9,947 nucleotides of DNA from IMG/VR virus record IMGVR_UViG_2579779116_000007, positions 1 to 9,947 of that record; one strand, given 5' to 3'. The notes beneath the pieces are model-generated. The model was not told the origin of the DNA. It saw nothing but the letters and a program-made list of their open reading frames with translations, and did no database searches. The DNA comes from a virus. Its lineage: Duplodnaviria > Heunggongvirae > Uroviricota > Caudoviricetes. Both the position numbers and the translations under genes were made by a program. Below, piece after piece: positions 7,317 to 9,947 of the stretch. Each line of letters starts with the position of its first letter. Within the stretch, counting starts at the first letter, position 1.

Positions 7317-7688
7317 ATGCAAAAAAAAGAAATTCGCCGTTTACGTCTCAAGGAGTGGTTTAAAGATAAAACTCTGCCACCCAAAGAGAAGAGCTACCTA
7401 TCTCAACTAATGAGTGGGAGAGCATCGTTTGGAGAAAAGGCTGCCAGAAGAATAGAGCAAACATACGGGATGCCGGAAGGGTATCTGGATGCGGAATACG
7501 CAGAACAACCGGAGGTTTCTCCACCACATGCAGGGTTAACGCCTAATCAACTGGAATTATTGCAGATTTTTTCAGCCTTCCCTGAGGATGAGCAACGCCA
7601 GATAATCAGCGAGTTAAAGCAGAAAAAAGAATCAATGGAAGATCTCATAGCGAGATGGATTGCGGCGCAAAAATGCCGCCGCGCCTGA
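7317..7688 (+). CDS. Prophage repressor / TA-associated regulator (CI/DicA-like, PaaR-like), 123 aa
   Basis: HTH-like segment KSYLSQLMSGRASFGEKAARRIEQTYG; no SD, but the promoter geometry predicts a leaderless start at this ATG; occupies the cI/dicA position; no S24 peptidase domain. Confidence 0.7.
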   Translation: MQKKEIRRLRLKEWFKDKTLPPKEKSYLSQLMSGRASFGEKAARRIEQTYGMPEGYLDAEYAEQPEVSPPHAGLTPNQLELLQIFSAFPEDEQRQIISELKQKKESMEDLIARWIAAQKCRRA

Positions 7689-7708
7689 GTTATAAAACCG
7701 GAGGAAAC

Positions 7709-7900
7709 ATGAATAGAGCCCTTTCACCAATGGTTTCTGAATTTGAAACCATTGAACAAGAAAACAGTTACAACGAATGGCTGCGTGCGAAAGTAGCAAC
7801 GAGCCTTGCAGATCCGCGCCCAGCAATTCCCCATGACGAAGTTGAGCGCAGAATGGCAGAACGCTTTGCTAAAATGCGCAAGGAACGGAGCAAGCAGTAA
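7709..7900 (+). CDS. Antitoxin of the ParE-family toxin (PaaA-like), 63 aa
   Basis: GGAGG SD (7700-7704) with a 4-nt spacer; the stop is 1 nt before the toxin ATG; the size matches the 63-aa PaaA2 antitoxin as I recall it. Confidence 0.75.
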   Translation: MNRALSPMVSEFETIEQENSYNEWLRAKVATSLADPRPAIPHDEVERRMAERFAKMRKERSKQ

Positions 7901-7901
7901 A

Positions 7902-8180
7902 ATGTTACCCGTGTTATGGCTTGAAAGCGCAGATACCGACCTAGATGATATAACTAGTTATATTGCTCGTTTCGACATAGATGCGGCTGAACGCTTATGG
8001 CAGCGATTAAGGGGTTGTGTGCTGCCGTTATCCGAACATCCGTATTTATACCCACCAAGCGACAGAGTACCTGGCTTGCGTGAGATTGTAGCCCACCCTA
8101 ACTATATAATTCTATACCGCGTAACAACATCAAGCGTTGAAGTAGTAAACGTGATCCACGCAAGACGCCAGTTTCCCTAA
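7902..8180 (+). CDS. parE: ParE/RelE-superfamily toxin, 92 aa
   Basis: Typical ParE features: N-terminal W...A..DL..I..YIA and C-terminal YRV...VEVVNVIHARR; tightly coupled to the upstream antitoxin. Confidence 0.8.
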   Translation: MLPVLWLESADTDLDDITSYIARFDIDAAERLWQRLRGCVLPLSEHPYLYPPSDRVPGLREIVAHPNYIILYRVTTSSVEVVNVIHARRQFP

Positions 8181-8251
8181 CTTTCACTACCAATAGAAAC
8201 ATAGCAACCGCAACGACTTTATCAAAAGCGTTGTGTTTGTTACGCTCCGCG

Positions 8252-8296
8252 GTTTAGTTTTTACTTGACTTAAGTTTAATGTTTATTAAACTTAAG
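8252..8296 (+). promoter_or_regulatory. Putative promoter/operator for the ydfA-ydfB-ydfC(-dicF) operon: operator-like GTTTAGTT, TTGACT-16-TAAACT, and a perfect 12-bp inverted repeat
   Basis: GTTTAGTT at 8252-8259; TTGACT at 8265-8270 and TAAACT at 8287-8292; inverted repeat CTTAAGTTTAAT-GTTT-ATTAAACTTAAG at 8269-8296; shares TTGACTTAA...GTTTATTAAAC with the minus-strand promoter at 7255-7280. Confidence 0.5.
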
Positions 8297-8471
8297 ATAC
8301 CAACCCACCCCGAGCCACAGAACGCCAGGCAATACTTCGAGTTATCCGGCAGTGGTCAGGGGATAAGTAGCCAGCCCGAGGCGTAAGAACATGACGGCAG
8401 GGTTCAACTTTAATAACTATGCAGCAGGTTTTTGTTCCGCTACCCCAGCGTTAAGGGGAAATGAGGTCAAC

Positions 8472-8627
8472 ATGGATACTATCGATCTTGGCAACAACGA
8501 ATCTCTGGTGTGCGGCGTGTTTCCCAACCAGGACGGCACATTCACCGCGATGACGTATACCAAAAGCAAAACGTTTAAAACCGAATCTGGAGCGCGTCGC
8601 TGGCTGGAAAGAAATTCAGGTGGGTGA
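8472..8627 (+). CDS. ydfA: YdfA-like small protein, 51 aa
   Basis: ATG at 8472 with GAGG SD and a 5-nt spacer (the ORF-track start at 8391 lacks an SD); size and position match ydfA of the Qin dicB operon as I recall it. Confidence 0.65.
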   Translation: MDTIDLGNNESLVCGVFPNQDGTFTAMTYTKSKTFKTESGARRWLERNSGG

Positions 8628-8628
8628 T

Positions 8629-8757
8629 ATGGATTTCGACACAATCATGGAAAAGGCTTACGAAGAATACTTCGAAGGCCTTGCCGAAGGCGAAGAAACT
8701 CTCAGCTTCAGCGAATTTAAACAGGCGCTTTCCAGCTCGGCAAAATCTAGCGGCTGA
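8629..8757 (+). CDS. ydfB: YdfB-like small protein, 42 aa (not in the ORF track)
   Basis: ATG at 8629, one nt after the ydfA stop, with AGGTGG SD; translates MDFDTIMEKAYEEYFEGLAEGEETLSFSEFKQALSSSAKSSG. Confidence 0.6.
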   Translation: MDFDTIMEKAYEEYFEGLAEGEETLSFSEFKQALSSSAKSSG

Positions 8758-8786
8758 TAAGCGAAACAGCACCGCGAGGAATCAGT

Positions 8787-9005
8787 ATGCAGAAACGAGA
8801 ACCCGTCATCATCGCGCCAGACTATACCGATGATGAGCTTTATGAGTGGATGCGCCAGAAAATTAATGCAGCGCAGGATCTGAAATGGGCCAATGAAGCC
8901 AGGGCTAAGCAGGCTGAAAATCTGTCCGCTCTGGAGCAGGATATCACCAGGCTGGAAAAAGCAGCGGCATTAAGCATTGCCAGAATGATTACATACCCGC
9001 GTTAA
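8787..9005 (+). CDS. ydfC: YdfC-like small protein, 72 aa
   Basis: ATG at 8787 with GAGGA SD and a 6-nt spacer; size and order match ydfC as I recall it. Confidence 0.65.
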   Translation: MQKREPVIIAPDYTDDELYEWMRQKINAAQDLKWANEARAKQAENLSALEQDITRLEKAAALSIARMITYPR

Positions 9006-9027
9006 TAGCTAACCAACGAGGCTAATA

Positions 9028-9348
9028 ATGGAATTTAAAGATTTACCAATGCAATTCCAGGAAATGGCAGCGAATATAGTTCGTTCCCAACTGGCGACTC
9101 TTGACCTGAGTACCGTAGAAAAAGAAACCATCGATACTATATCCGGTAACGTGCGTCGTGCCTTTATCGGTCTGTACGAAGAGAAGCAGCTCTCTGATAA
9201 CCAGGATTTACATGAAAAATACTTCCTGGAACTAATGGACATCATTGATAAGGGGTTTGGCTTGTTAATGAAAAAGAAAGGGATTCGAATAGAACCCCTT
9301 GAAAATTACTTTGCAACAAAAAGCATTAATTCTTTTGATTCAAAATAA
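9028..9348 (+). CDS. Hypothetical protein, 106 aa, AT-rich, acidic and helical in character
   Basis: ATG at 9028 with GAGG SD; clean frame; 3' end overlaps the convergent 91-aa ORF by 23 bp. Confidence 0.55.
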   Translation: MEFKDLPMQFQEMAANIVRSQLATLDLSTVEKETIDTISGNVRRAFIGLYEEKQLSDNQDLHEKYFLELMDIIDKGFGLLMKKKGIRIEPLENYFATKSINSFDSK

Positions 9349-9601
9349 GAGAATTAATTACAGACTTAACATGCTCTTTCTCATGATTGAAGCTCTCATG
9401 ATTGAAAGTGCCGGGTTGAAGCGAGTCGATATAATCAACAAGACTCTGTCGTACGACTTCATTTTTATCCATAACAGATGCAAGAAATGAAATTGCTAAA
9501 AGAGTTATATCACTACGCGCCGCAGCATGCTGCAATGCTTTATCAAAATTATTAATCTGGCGTATCAGGGAGTTAATGATTTCATCATTTTCAGTCGACA
9601 T
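9326..9601 (-). CDS. Hypothetical protein, 91 aa
   Basis: ATG at 9601 preceded by AGGAGGG SD; the ORF-track frame extends 111 codons further upstream into GC-rich DNA with no start signal, so I truncated it. Confidence 0.55.
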   Translation of the reverse strand: MSTENDEIINSLIRQINNFDKALQHAAARSDITLLAISFLASVMDKNEVVRQSLVDYIDSLQPGTFNHESFNHEKEHVKSVINSLILNQKN

Positions 9602-9935
9602 TTCACCCTCCTGAGGGTTGGTGATTAAGGAGTTCTCCACGGGTGAGGTGGAGTGCGTGCGCCGGACACGGGTGAGCATCCGGCACTGACAGTTTACTGA
9701 AAGGATATTTCCCTGAAAAATCAGACCATAACGCGAAAGCGCACGGCGAGGTAGCTGGTTCATAGATAGCCTGTCGTTAAATTTTCGTCGACCGTGCGCT
9801 TCCGGTTGTGGCACTCCGCGAAATGGCGCGGCGGTAAGTATGGCGGGGTTATTCCTTCCCCGTTGAGGACACCGGGTTGTCAGGTTGACCATACGCTTAA
9901 GTGACAACCCCGCTGCAACGCCCTCTGTTATCAAT

Positions 9936-9947
9936 TTTCTGGTGACG
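9936..9947 (+). ncRNA. dicF: Probable 5' end of the DicF sRNA, truncated by the window edge
   Basis: The terminal TTTCTGGTGACG matches the start of DicF as I recall it (TTTCTGGTGACGTTTGGCGG...) and lies where expected downstream of ydfC; only 12 nt are visible. Confidence 0.4.

Noticed and set aside
8391-8471. Longer 78-aa form of the ydfA-like ORF
   Set aside because: No SD at 8391; the internal ATG at 8472 has a GAGG SD and gives the expected 51-aa product.
9299-9490. 63-aa plus-strand ORF overlapping the 91-aa gene
   Set aside because: It is antisense to a better-supported gene, has no SD, and is hydrophobic and low-complexity.
9326-9601. Assignment of the 91-aa protein to the YmgB/AriR family
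   Set aside because: Only a vague compositional resemblance and no convincing motif match from memory, so it is left as hypothetical.
9602-9934. N-terminal 111 codons of the 202-aa minus-strand ORF in the track
   Set aside because: The extension runs through GC-rich DNA with no start signal, whereas the internal ATG at 9601 has an AGGAGGG SD. I annotated the 91-aa version.

Overview
The window reads as the early/immunity region of a mosaic lambdoid prophage (Rac/Qin-like) in an Escherichia-like enterobacterial genome. A leftward operon (minus strand, about 7219 down to 2474) encodes a Cro-like HTH protein, a YdaT-like protein, an O-like replication initiator with ori iterons inside the gene, a DnaC-like helicase loader, and a run of small nin-like ORFs. 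At its distal end sits an AT-rich, codon-atypical, convergent two-gene cassette (565..2200) that I consider the best candidate for an uncharacterised accessory or defence system. Rightward from a divergent promoter/operator region (7229..7316) lie a CI/DicA-like repressor, a ParE-family toxin with a 63-aa antitoxin (paaR-paaA-parE-like arrangement), ydfA/ydfB/ydfC-like small genes, a second convergent pair of unknown ORFs, a GC-rich structured leader, and what appears to be the first 12 nt of DicF at the window edge. All family assignments come from reading motifs and from memory; no database search was run.
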